A stretch of 64,000 nt of DNA from Octopus sinensis (taxonomy: Eukaryota), in NCBI RefSeq assembly GCF_006345805.1, contig NC_042997.1, positions 42,594,001 through 42,658,000 on the forward strand, written 5' to 3'. Below the pieces are notes generated by a model. It was not told the DNA's origin, searched no databases, and worked only from the letters and a program-made list of their open reading frames with translations. Positions 14,301 to 57,252 of this stretch are shown here, one piece after another; the first letter of the stretch is position 1, and every line of letters begins with the position of its first letter. The position numbers were made by a program, and so were the translations under genes.

Positions 14301-15932
14301 AATGCTAAAAATAGTTATCATCATCATCATCGTTTAACATCCGTTTTCCGCGCTAGCATGGGTTGGACGGTTCGACTGGGGTCTGGGAAGCCAGGGGCTG
14401 CACCAGGCTCCAGTCTGATCTGGCAGAGTTTCTACAGCTGGATGCCCTTCCTAACGCCAATCACTCCACGAGTGTAGTGGGTGCTTTTTACGTGCCACCT
14501 GCACAGGTGTCAGGGGGGTCTGGCATCGGCCACGATCGGTTGGTGCTTTTAACGTGCCACCGGCACGGAAGCCAGCCAAGGCGGCGCTGGCATCGGCCAT
14601 GTTCGGATGGTGCTTTTTATGTGCCACCTGCACAGAAGCCAGTCGAGGCGGCGCTGGCAACGGCCATGCCTAGGGAAAATCAGTTTGCCAATATAATCAA
14701 CACACACACACTGGTTCAATTTCACTCATTAAATCTGCAATTGTTTTGTTTTTATTTGTCAAAACTCTTTCGTTACTTCTTGCAACCTTTTCAATGACAA
14801 TCAACTTCGTCCATTATTGAAAAGGTTTCAAGAAACAATGCAAGAACTTTGAGAAACAAAAACAAAACAATTGGTTAATTAATAAATGAGTGGAACTGAA
14901 CTGGTGTGTATTAATTATATTGGCATAATGACTCCCAAAACACAACAAAATTTATTTCAACACATGAATTCACATAAAGAATCTTGCAAATCAGATACAA
15001 AAACGAAGCTAAAAATTGTGTTCTTAACAAAAATTAATTCTTCATTTAAGTTTCTCCTATAATTTGGCATACCAAGCTTGAAAACATTGACCTACTCTAT
15101 ATATTTAAGTATTCCTTGAAAATTTTACTCAACAGCAATGTTTGAATAACAAATATTCTAATCTTATGATGAGATTAACAAGGATTAACAGTACTTGTGT
15201 AGTTCAGCTCTGTCTGGCCCCGTGTCGGTGGCACGTAAAAGCACCATCCGTTCGTGTTCGTTGTCAGCCTCGGCTGGCCCCCGTGCCGGTGACACGTAAA
15301 AGCACCGTCTGTTCGTGGCCGTTTGCCAGCTCTGTCTGGCCCCATGTCGGTGGCACGTAAAAGCACCATCCGTTCGTGTCCGTTGCCAGCATTGCCTGGC
15401 CCCGTGCCGGTGACACGTAAAAGCACCATCCGTTCGTGGCCGTTCGCCAGCTCTGTCTGGCACCTGTGCAGGTGGCACATAAAAAAACACCCACTACACT
15501 CGCGGAGTGGTTGGTGTTAGGAAGGGCATCCAGCCGTAGAAACACTGCCAGATCTGACTGGGCCTGACGAAGCCTTCCAGCTTCACAGACCCCAGTTGAC
15601 CCGTCCAACCCATGCTAGCATGGAAAGCGGACGCTAAATGATGATGATGATGAATGTATATGGATTCAATATTTTGGTATAGAATTGTAATGCATTTTGG
15701 TATATAGCTGTCCAAACAGTCATAAATTATATTAAATACTAATGATTTCTCAAGACAGACTAACATTAGGTGAGGCTGTGTGGTTAAGATGCTTGCTTCT
15801 CAACCATGTGGTCTTGGATTTAGTCCCACTGTGCGGCACCCTGAGCAGGTGTCTTCTACTACAGCTCTGGGCCAACCAAAGCCTTGGGAGTGGATTTGGT
15901 AGACAGAAACTGATAGAAGCCTGTTGTGTGTG

Positions 15933-15972
<40 letters not shown>

Positions 15973-18900
15973 TATGTATGTCTTTGTGTTTGTCCCCCAC
16001 CACTACTTAACAACAGGTGTTGGTTTGTTTATGCCCTGCCCTCGACTTAGCAGTCTGGCAAAAGTGACTGATAGAATAAGTACCACACTTAGAAAATAAG
16101 TATTCAAGTCAATTTGTTCAACTAAACATGTCAAAGTGGTGTCTGAGCATAGCCAGAGTCCAATGGCTGAAATGAATGAAAAATAATCTTCTTAGTAACT
16201 TCTCTGTAACTCTGCTCATTACGCCTGTAGCACATCATCACCTTTACTCCGATACCTTACAGAGCCTAAGCCAACACAGAGTTGGCTGTGGGGAGGGACA
16301 TGACCACATTATCAAAATAGTTTGACTCTGAACTTTACTAATTGTTATGGAGCAAGAAAGTTGCAGTGGAACATGAAGTTCAACATATGAGCACTCTAGA
16401 CCCTCACTCAATGTGAACCACTGATCAATGGTGCTTCCATACTATGTTCATGTATTTGTTGTATCTTCACGTTCCATTCCACAATACTTGGCTGAGAGAG
16501 AGAGAGAAAGGGAGATTGTGCAATAGCATCACAATGGTAACAAGTCTTGAGATCAGATGAGTGGATGGCGTGCCAGATGGGGGTAAGGAAATTCATAAAT
16601 GCAATCAGAGAGGCTGGGCTTCTTCATTATTGCAAGAAACTGAATTTGTGTTTGGATGGGACACATAACTACTTGTGAAGACCTGTTGAGGCAAGTGAAA
16701 ATCAAATCAAATCAAAATCGATGAACATCAATGGAATTTGTATTTTTGTGGTACCAGTGCCGGTGGCACATAAGAAAACCATCCGAACGTGGCCGTAGCC
16801 AGTACCGCATTGACCGGCCTCCGTGCTGTGGGCACGTTACAAACACCATCCGATCGTGGCCGTGCCAGCCTCGCCTGGCCTCCGTGCCGGTGGCACGTAA
16901 AAAACACCATCCGAGCGTGGCCGTTCGCCAGCCTCATCTGGCACCTGTGTTGGTGGCACAAAAAACACCATCCGAGCATGGCCGTTCGCCAGCCTCGTCT
17001 GGCACCTGTGTCGGTGGCACATAAAAAGCACCCTCTACGCTCTCAGAGAGGTTGGCGTTAGGAAGGGCATCCAGCTGTAGAAACACTGTTAGATCAGACT
17101 GGGCCTGGTGCAGCCTTCCGGCTTCCCAGACCCCAGTTGAACCGTCCAACCCATGCTAGCATGGAAAGCGGATGTTAAACGATGATGATGATGATGATAT
17201 GCTAGAAGTCTGTTTAGAATTTTGTTTAATATAAGACAACTGACATTTTTATGAGATAAAATAACTCATTGTTCCATTTCCTCTCGTATGCACCTGTCAA
17301 AAATTTCAGTAGCCCATAATAACAGCAACAACAATATACAGCAAGAATATCACTTAGTATCAGTAGCAACATCATTTAGAGTGTTGGAAAGGTTGTCATC
17401 TTCAAGTTGACAAAGAAATCATTTAGAAAAGTGTTTGTTCAAACTCATGCATGATTGCGTATTCTGACTTAGCTTGATTTGTTGGAAGTAATGTTACAAA
17501 TTAGACTGTTTGTTGAAACCATTTAACCGTAAGCAGATGAAGATTATGGTGAACACCACAGAGAACTTGCTTGAAATCATTCTCCATCTTCTGCATAACT
17601 TTAACACTGAACACCCTCACTTCCCATTCTGTCTCACAAGCACCAATCAATTGAATTGAGAACATGGCATGGTGTTATTGATGCTGCATGAATGATTAAC
17701 ACTTTTACTGTTCTTATGGCTATTAGCATGTTCAGAGTTTGGCTCAACATTGCAAACGCTTTTTTCTGTCCATGGAATTAGCAATTGAAAGATGTTGTGA
17801 AAATTTTTTCCACCAAATAAGATGTTGTGGCAATGGTAGTTTTAGCAGGTGTACAGCGTGGTGCCAAAAAGTTCCTTCTTTGCATAAAAGAAAATACAGG
17901 AGGATCAGGTTATGATTTTATTCAACACATTCCTCTCTCAGATTCTCACACTTATTGCAGTGGTCTTTCAGTTTATCTAAGCCCTATAAAAGAACTTCCT
18001 CTCTCAGTCTACTATATGGCTCAGAAACCTGGACGTTATCAAAGAAGCTTGAGAGGTGGTTGGATGGAACCTACACTCGCCTCCTTATGAGAGCTCAAAA
18101 TCTCTCGTGGAAGTGCCATCCAACCAAAATGCAAATATATGGGAAACTACCACCTGTGTCATCTCTTGTGAAAGGTAGGAGAGTCCAGTTTGCTGGACAT
18201 TGTTGTAGAGCTGAAAACGAGGCAATTTCTACTCTTCTCCTCTGGAAGCCATCTACTCGCAATACCAGAGGGCGCACACTCTCCTACCTGATGTAATCTC
18301 CAGGGATACAGGCATCCAGCAACAGGACCGTGAAGTCTGGCGTAGCATAGTAAATTCCATTGTCTCGACCACAGTCGAACAATGATGATGATGATGATAA
18401 TGTTCATTAGGGTTTACCATATCTTATTCTCAGTTTAGTAAATCAAAGTTGGGTGAATCCATTGAAAGGTGACTTGACACTCCCCCTCCAGGAAAGCTGA
18501 GTGTTCTGAATTTAGTAAATGGAAACCTGTATTTCTATACTGACATCATTTTATGGTATAAGGGCTTCAATCATATAATGCTTGGGTTTGCACCACAGTT
18601 CCAGTGCATTCACAAGATAACTGAAGAAGTAGAGAATAGTGAAGACATTTAAGAGCCATTTCAGAATTCAAAACGTAGCCTCATCTCTAGAGGTGTTTGT
18701 GTAACAATGTATCTTCATCAAGAGGTTTCAGTTTGATGCAGGCTTTATGTTGGAAGCTCCTTTATCTGTACTGTCCTCAAGTCTGTATTCTAAGATGGGA
18801 TTTTTTCAACACATTATGGATTCACTTGAATTGAACACACAATATTCCGGAATTTCACAATATATATTAAGTGGTGGATGTTAATACGATACTCATCTTT

Positions 18901-21900
18901 ATATATAAAAGTAAAGTTGTGTGTCTGTCTCCTACGATTTAGATTCCTAACTACTCCCACATTTTGCGGTACAGTTTAACCAAAACCGGGTATCTTATAG
19001 TCATGATTCATATCGAGCCCTTCTGGGTATTAGTGCGCGTCTACGATGAGTCTACGATTTAAAAAAAAATTTACCATAATTTTTTTCCATTTCAATGCAT
19101 TTTTTTCGCTATTATATAAGGGAAGTAACTCTCTAAAAATGTCTACGATGAGTCAATGATTTAAAAAAAAATTATGGTAAATTTTTTTTCCATTTTTAAT
19201 GCATTTTTTTGCTATTTTTTGGCTATAACTCTCTAAAAATGCTTTATAGTTATTTCCCTTACAAACCCGAGCAACGCCGGGCAATACTGCTAGTTTGATA
19301 TAAAACAATGGTTAAGTGTGTATCACAGAGCTGAACTCAGCCAGCAGTTTGTTGCTCCTCTCTCTCTTGATAAAACCTTTATTCATCTGGTTAAGTGTAT
19401 AGGATATGCAGTAAGAAACTGTTGAAGCATTTTCATAGATGCCTAAATATGTACAGTAGTCTAATGACTGAGCCAATCCACCAAGCTTCTCCATTTAGAA
19501 ATAACTAGCAGTATCGCCCGGCATTGCTCGGGTTTGTAAGGGAAATAACTATATAAGCATTTTTAGAGAGTTACTTCCCTTATATAATAGCGAAAAAATG
19601 CATTAAAATGGAAAAAAAAATGATGGTAAATTATTTTTAAAATTGTAGACTCATCGCGATATGAATCACGACTATAAGATACCCGGTTTTGGTTAAACTG
19701 GACTGCAAAATGTGGGAGTAGTTAGGAATCTAAATCGTAGGAGACAGACACACAACTTGACTTTTATATATAAAGATAATGGATAAACCATGAGATCCAA
19801 GTGGTAAAAGAGATAGAACATTTGCTGTCTTGTAAGATATTGCTTTCACCTCGTTTGTAGGATTATTTAACTTTGTACCGGGATCTTTGCTGGGTTGCAT
19901 CTTTTCTCTGGCTGCTGACTTTCTGCGGCTGTGTGACCAAAACGGTTGCTTCCCAACCACGTGGTTCCAAGTTCAATCCCACTGGGCAGCACCTTGGGTA
20001 GATGTCTTCTACTATAACCTCAGACCAACAAAAGCATTGTCAGTGAATTTGGTACATATATGGGTGTGTGTACCCTTGTCTCAAAATCACGAGGGCTGTA
20101 CGCAAGCATCATCATCATCATCATCTACAGGCAATATCAAGTCTTCCATGTTTGACCCTGGGACAGCAAAAGAATTGCAAGGGAAGGCAGAAGCATGGGA
20201 TCCCTATATGGTTCAGTCTCTTCAATTTAAAAATGCCATCGATGCTGCCATGCAGACATATAAAACTCTCCTCACAACAATGAAGAAACAACGACAGCAA
20301 CTTCCCATCACAATGTTCCTCAAGCTCACCAAGAAAGCCTCGCACAAGGATACGACACCCCCTAAAACACCTGAAGAAGACGTGTCACCTGAAGAGCTTT
20401 AAATTTTCTTTGCTTTGCAGTCATTACCTTCATTATTTTCATCATTTCATTATTGATAAGTAACCGTACATTCTACTTTATTTTTTCTGGCCCTCGTGCC
20501 GGTGGCACATAAAAAGCACCATCCGTTCGTGGCCGTTTGCCAGCTCTGTCTGGCACCAGTGCGGGTGGCACGTAAAAAGCACCCACTACACTCACGGAGT
20601 GGTTGGCGTTAGGAAGGGCATCCAGCCGTAGAAACACTGCCAGATTTGACTGGGCCTGATGAAGCCTTCTGGCTTCACAGACCCCAGTAGAACCGTCCAA
20701 CCCATGCTAGCATGGAAAACGGACGCTAAATGATGATGATGATGATGATGATGATATATATATATACTAGCACTATGACCTGGCTGCGCACATCCACGAG
20801 AGTACTATCCAAATCTCCGACCAATCACATACAGCTAGCTGGCATTCAATTGGCGTATCAAATTTCGGGCATTTTGATTGGGTTTTGGATAGAAAATTCA
20901 CAAAAAAGTCACTTCTATTGATTTTTTAATGGCTTTGCGGGGTGACTGGGGAAATGTAAAGATGTGCACGACCACCCTTGGACGGTTTTGAATGACCATA
21001 GAAAGTGCGAGCCTTTGTATAAAGGACACGCACACAAACATTTTGCCGTTTATCTATATAGAGAGAAATTTAAAACGTCATGTTTTGATATTTATAGGTA
21101 TTTTTATGGACCACGCCCAATATAGGATTTTTACTATTCGTAGGTGGTCTAGGAACATAACCCCCGCAAAAACCGGGGACTACTGTATTTCTATGTTGGT
21201 TTTCTATTTGGCGAAATCAAAATGAATAAAATAAAATATTTCTCCAGAACAAAACGACTTATGATGCTACAAGGTGGATACACATCACCTTCGTCCCATC
21301 CATAAAATATGGAATGTGGGACAATGTTAGATGTGGAAATCTAACTACATTAAGTTCGTACATTTTATATGGTGCAAAATGAGGCAATCTTTCGTCTCTA
21401 GTAGACCTTTCCGTCGATTTCCGTAAAAAAATTTTTTTTTTTACATATGGGCTTGCGGGAACTTTTGAAGTAATGAGAGCGAAAGAGACTAAGAGAAAGC
21501 GATTGTATGACGAGGGAAGTTCTTTTGAAGTTACCGTGCATGGGAGCATTGATGTACATGTGTGTGTGTTTGATGGGGTGTGCGAGACAGAGTAATGTGT
21601 GAAAGAGAGAGATAACTGAAATTTTTTACTCGGTGTATGTGTATATGTATGTATATTACTTCAAAAGTTCCCGCAAGCCCATATGTAAAAAAGAAAAAAA
21701 ATATTTACGGAAATCGACGGAAAGGTCTACTAGAGACGAAAGATCGCCCAAAATGAAAATAAAAATATATAACAAGGTGAATAGGAGGTTGTTTAGGATT
21801 AAATACCAAAAGGAACTGAAAGCTTATCTAGGCTTCTATGACCTTCATATACAGGAAACGAACCTGAATACGTAACACAAAAACAGCATTAAAATACAAA

Positions 21901-22087
21901 TAAGAAATAACGAAAAACAGTAGCAACTATAATTGCTACTGTTTTTATTTATTCATTTTTCAGTAGAATTTATAATAAAACGAAGTTCAATTGGATTCAT
22001 TGACGAAATTCTAGCCCCGAAAACTACCCCAAACCAACAGGAAAGATCAGTCTACAACGTATATAACGAAAAGCTTATTCACCTTGT

Positions 22088-22123
<36 letters not shown>

Positions 22124-22584
22124 ATACTAAGTAATTAAGGGTTTAGCAACGATTTGCCTCACCACACCGAATTTAGAAATAGCAGTCAAAGAGTTTTGGC
22201 TATTCTTTCTACTTAAAAGGCCTTTTAAGGGCTGTGGTTTTACTGGGATCTCCCTTTTAAGTAGAAAGAATAGCCAAAACTCTTTGACTGCTATTTCTAA
22301 ATTCGGTGTGTGGTGAGGCAAATCGTTGCTAAACCCTTAATTACTTAGTATTACTTAAACCTACCTTCAATGGGGCTTTTACATGCCGAAATCTACTTGG
22401 GTGAAATTAATGATTATTCCAAATTAATTAACTTCACCCTATATTATTATTATTGATATATGTATACATATATATATATAGTGTGTGTGCATATAGTTTG
22501 TTTAATAAAATAAATGGAACTTACCTGTCCGAGGCCAGTTTTCGAAAGGTGCACACTGCAAGCATGCTGCGCCAAGAGAGACAT
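8149..22584 (-). CDS. CISD3: CDGSH iron-sulfur domain protein 3 (MiNT/Miner2), full spliced CDS, 3 exons, 149 aa
   Basis: complement(join(8149..8343,13803..13997,22525..22584)) = 450 nt, open, ends in TAG. All junctions are GT-AG, phase 0. Two motifs, CTCGHSKQQPFCDGAH and CNCKQTDDRPFCDGTH, match the CDGSH consensus. Two tandem CDGSH domains and a basic N-terminus with no TM helix are typical of CISD3. Confidence 0.95.
8605..8890 (-). mobile_element. RTE-type LINE 3' fragment
   Basis: KLPPVSSLVKGRRVQFAGHCCRAEKEVISTLLLW..RGRTLSYPD with a (GAT)n tail; near-identical to 18130-18400. Confidence 0.8.
9510..10290 (-). mobile_element. Degenerate fragment of a HERO/R2-group non-LTR retrotransposon ORF
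   Basis: Minus-strand remnants KWPNMNDSEEWQQLD and QDLFRFTRTLLGETKSRRLT resemble the pre-RT region of HERO-like elements as I recall them. Many stops. Confidence 0.55.
12542..13330 (-). mobile_element. RTE LINE 3' end: ORF2 C-terminus plus tandem-repeat 3'UTR and (GAT)n tail
   Basis: ERRLRWYGHVARMDEDRCVRKC..RGRGRPRKTWDEVVKHDL followed by ~55-bp UTR repeats. This links the many UTR-only copies to an RTE. Confidence 0.9.
13803..13997 (-). CDS. CISD3: CISD3 exon 2 (MIQIRCMR...WYFYCTCGHSKQQ)
   Basis: Acceptor ttattcttag|ATG, donor CAG|GTGAGT, 65 codons, first half of CDGSH motif 1. Confidence 0.95.
14317..14670 (-). mobile_element. RTE 3'UTR-only copy
   Basis: Same family as the 12542 element. 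Confidence 0.8.
15200..15652 (+). mobile_element. RTE 3'UTR-only copy with ~5 internal repeats
   Basis: Same family; repeated GGCACGTAAAAGCACCATCCGTTCGTG units. Confidence 0.8.
16680..17198 (+). mobile_element. RTE 3'UTR copy (nearly full UTR)
   Basis: Reverse complement aligns by eye with 12545-13075 over ~500 bp. Confidence 0.85.
17900..18400 (+). mobile_element. RTE-type LINE 3' fragment
   Basis: LLYGSETWTLSKKLERWLDGTYTRLLMRAQNLSWK...FAGHCCR, an RTE RT C-terminal signature, with a (GAT)n tail. Confidence 0.85.
18896..19293 (+). mobile_element. Non-autonomous Helitron, short form
   Basis: A|TCTTTATATATAAAA ... CCCGAGCAACGCCGGGCAATACTGCTAG|T. Confidence 0.85.
19505..19776 (-). mobile_element. 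Non-autonomous Helitron, short form
   Basis: Same termini and core as the 18896 copy, opposite strand. Confidence 0.85.
20125..20402 (+). mobile_element. pogo/Tigger-like transposase C-terminal remnant
   Basis: AEAWDPYMVQSLQFKNAIDAAMQTYKTLLTTMKKQRQQLPITMFL resembles Tigger-type C-termini. No DDE core is present. Confidence 0.5.
20487..20752 (+). mobile_element. RTE 3'UTR-only copy
   Basis: Same family, with a (GAT)n tail. Confidence 0.8.
20767..21062 (-). mobile_element. Probable second non-autonomous Helitron family
   Basis: Minus strand starts TCTATATAGATAAA and ends GTGCTAG|T. Subterminal hairpin is degenerate and the 5' flank is not A. Confidence 0.5.
21387..21744. mobile_element. MITE with ~88-bp terminal inverted repeats
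   Basis: 21387-21474 is the reverse complement of 21655-21744 apart from poly-T length. No clear TSD. Confidence 0.7.
22125..22350. repeat. 96-bp inverted repeat with 32-bp spacer
   Basis: 22125-22220 vs 22253-22350, identical except for a 2-bp insertion. Confidence 0.95.
22525..22584 (-). CDS. CISD3: CISD3 exon 1 (MSLLAQHACSVHLSKTGLGQ)
   Basis: ATG at 22584, 20 codons, donor CAG|GTAAGT. Phase 0 matches exon 2. Lies in the CpG-richer interval next to SPAG6 exon 1. Confidence 0.85.
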
Positions 22585-22868
22585 GTTGATATTTTGGCGG
22601 AAACGGTTATTTTAAGAGCGGAGCAAATATAATTAATTAACAAACATCTATATTTTTTTTGGCGTATCTTAATAATATAAGATTTTTTTTAAATACAGAT
22701 TCTATAAAATATATTTATATTTTATTATTTTAATTAATTGCTTTTTATTACTCGGTATACATATGTATACGCGGTAACGTTACCTTAGCAACGGACAAAC
22801 AAAAATAAACAAACAAATTCAATATTATCTTGTCCCGTCTTTTGATATGCCGAGATTTATTCTGCGAA
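22585..22868. promoter_or_regulatory. Bidirectional promoter/5'UTR interval between CISD3 and SPAG6
   Basis: Divergent ATGs 284 bp apart; CpG-containing; no repeat insertion inside. Confidence 0.75.
22779..22792. promoter_or_regulatory. RFX X-box motif GTTACCTTAGCAAC
   Basis: Exact fit to GTNRCC(N0-3)RGYAAC, 77 bp upstream of the ATG of a ciliary gene. Overlaps the palindrome GGTAACGTTACC. Confidence 0.7.
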
Positions 22869-54141
<31,273 letters not shown>

Positions 54142-54240
54142 TTTCCATCCTGCAAGTCTCTGGATTTAACCTTTGCAAATGTTTTATCATTTGAATCAAT
54201 CAATGGCCATTTGTGTGTTATAATAAGATATATATTGTGG

Positions 54241-54246
54241 AATAAA
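54241..54246 (+). terminator. Putative SPAG6 polyadenylation signal AATAAA
   Basis: First AATAAA, about 100 nt after the stop codon. No transcript evidence. Confidence 0.5.
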
Positions 54247-54344
54247 ATATTTTAACTGAAGGAAATGAATTTGTTTCGCAACCTCTTTATTGTCAACATC
54301 ATCTTCTCTTTCTGAAAACTTAGGTGAACACAACTCTTGAGAGT

Positions 54345-54346
54345 TA

Positions 54347-54422
<76 letters not shown>

Positions 54423-54424
54423 TA

Positions 54425-54473
<49 letters not shown>

Positions 54474-54493
54474 TAATAGTAATAGTAATAGTA

Positions 54494-54552
<59 letters not shown>
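54345..54552. repeat. (AAT)n microsatellite
   Basis: Direct reading. Confidence 0.95.
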
Positions 54553-54780
54553 CATCAGGTGTAGTTTTGGCGGATTTCGGAAAGCATGAGGGCCTTAAAG
54601 GATGCAGTGTCATGGCAGTCAACAACTGACGCAGGCAGTTTATTCCATGCTTCAGCAACTCTGAGCGTGAAAAAATGTTTCCGAAAGTCATGGGAGCTGT
54701 GCTGTTTTCTGACTTTGTAGGCATGTCCACGTGTGTTGGACACATGGAGATCAAAAAGGTGTTCAGTGTTGTTAAGCATC
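54545..54780 (-). mobile_element. CR1 LINE 3' fragment adjoining an (AAT)n array
   Basis: EHLFDLHVSNTRGHAYKVRKQHSSHDFRKHFFTLRVAEAWNKLP. Confidence 0.85.
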
Positions 54781-55166
54781 TTGTCCTTGTATACAATGTT
54801 GTGGTGACTCTTTGGGTAGTTGTCTGATCTACTGTCAGCTTGTAAACAATATCAACAATAGATTCAACATAATGTAAGCAATGTAAATAATATAAAACAA
54901 ATGAAACTAGTTAAAACCTAGTCACAGACATGGATCAGTTTTTGACATTTACAAACATTGAAATATTGTCAGAATGAAAAAAGAAATAAAAAGGTTAAAA
55001 AAAAAAGCAAAGAAAGTATTAACAACAGACGAAATGGTTTTGTCTCTTATAAAAAAAGATTTATTCAAGTAATTTTCATATACAATATTCAGTAATTTAC
55101 AGAATTTCATTGCAGCAAGAACAATTTTCTTTGGAAAATACTGATGGTGTGCACACACATGTGCAT

Positions 55167-55197
<31 letters not shown>

Positions 55198-56348
55198 TAG
55201 TGATGGAGATTGGGATATACAATGTCCATATTTGGGTCCTCCTCACATTTATCTTCATACTAACTCTCCTAATACTGCTTTCACCTCTCTTCATTTTTTC
55301 TCATAATTTGTCCTCTCCCTATCAATACCCCCCCCCCCCACATACACACATTTTCACCCTAACTCTCTTCCCGATCCATTACATTGATCTGCTGTATTCA
55401 ATACCCCTACATTACCATCACTCCTTTATTGCAAACCTCTTTCCCTCATCACTCATTACTCACATCCATCACTCCCACTCTTTTGCCATCATTTTCTCTC
55501 TCCCATTACTCCCTTCTCTCTTGTCCATTGTTGTCATCTGCTCTTCCACTGCCTCTCTCTCTCTCTCTCTCTGCCACTCTGTCTCTTTTCCTCAGTAATC
55601 TTTCCTATCACCTTCCCTCCAATTATTCCTTCTTCTATCATCTCACTCTCCTTCTATCATTCTCTTTCCTTCCATCATGTTACTCATACTCTTTCTATCC
55701 AATCTCCTTACCAACAATTCTTACGTAGCTGTCGTTCATTCACTCATTCTCTTTCTCTCTCTCTCCATGTGTGTGTGTGTGTATAAGTATACATATATGT
55801 ATATGCATATGTATATGCATATGTATGTAGGTAAATGGATATGAATGTAAACAGATAGACTTACAGACGGATAGATACATAGGTAATATGAACAGACAAG
55901 CACACATACACACAAACATATGCAAATGAAGACTGAAACACAATGACCATATAAACACACACTTCACTTCACACAAGGACACATATGGAGACACATATCC
56001 ATACATATACACATATGCACACACACATGCATACACATACATGTCCTTACTCGATCTGTGTATATATATATATATATATTATATATATATATAAATACAC
56101 ACACACATATATATATATATACATACATACACACACATACACAAATATATATAATATATATATACATATACATAATATAATATACCAATTAAGGACTGAA
56201 CACGAAAAGGTGGACAGTCAACATGCTAGATATAGACGTCAAATCGCCATTCTCCACAAAGATTTTGTTCTCAAATAAATAAAAATAAAATCAGCACGAC
56301 TAAAGCAATGGATGAGACAAAAGAAAAATACTAAATGGAATAATTACC

Positions 56349-56405
56349 TACGTACTGCAGTTTCAGCTATTATATCACAAGGATATCTGTAACTTCATCA
56401 GCGTA
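56349..56405 (-). ncRNA. Minimal type I hammerhead ribozyme motif (Penelope-LTR type)
   Basis: Minus strand: UACG-CUGAUGA-AGUUA...UAGCU-GAAAC-UGCA-GUA-CGUA. Confidence 0.7.
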
Positions 56406-56464
56406 TTTGTTATGAGCATAATATGCTGTACTAGATGAAAAACGGTACCGGAGTCCGTTTTTTA

Positions 56465-56521
56465 CATAATATAATATATATATATATATATATAATATGT
56501 GTGTGTATATATATATATATC

Positions 56522-56553
<32 letters not shown>

Positions 56554-56569
56554 ATATATATATATATAT

Positions 56570-56657
<88 letters not shown>

Positions 56658-56750
56658 TACATACATACACACACATACACAAATATATATATATATACAT
56701 ATATATATATACATATATAATATATATATATATATATAATATATAATATA

Positions 56751-56808
<58 letters not shown>

Positions 56809-56897
56809 TTTGTGTGTGTGTATATATATATATATAATATATATATATATATATCTATATATATACATACATATATATATATATATATACATACATA

Positions 56898-56928
<31 letters not shown>

Positions 56929-57063
56929 GCATAATATATAATATATATATATATATTTTGTGTGTGTGTATATATATATATATAATATATATATACATAC
57001 ATAATATATATATATAATATATATATAATATATAATATATATGTATTTATATGTATATATATG

Positions 57064-57123
<60 letters not shown>

Positions 57124-57250
57124 ATAATATATATGTATGTATATATATGTATATATATATATGTATATATAATATATATATATATATATGTATATATGTA
57201 TATATATATATATGTATATATGTATGTATATATATATATATATACATATA
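56465..57250. repeat. Long (TA)n-dominated microsatellite
   Basis: Direct reading. Confidence 0.95.
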
Positions 57251-57252
57251 AG

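Noticed and set aside
14363-14797. Recurring MDGSTGVWEA.../MCHRHRCQT... ORF family
   Set aside because: Readings of the multi-copy RTE 3'UTR, mostly antisense, with frames not conserved between copies.
19887-20402. 171-aa ORF as a nested host gene
   Set aside because: The N-terminal half is SINE and microsatellite sequence, and the C-terminal half resembles a transposase tail.
20650-20685. CTGATGA followed by an AGCC/GGCT hairpin as a hammerhead
   Set aside because: No GAAA after the stem, and other copies of this RTE UTR read CTGGTGC or CTGATGC.
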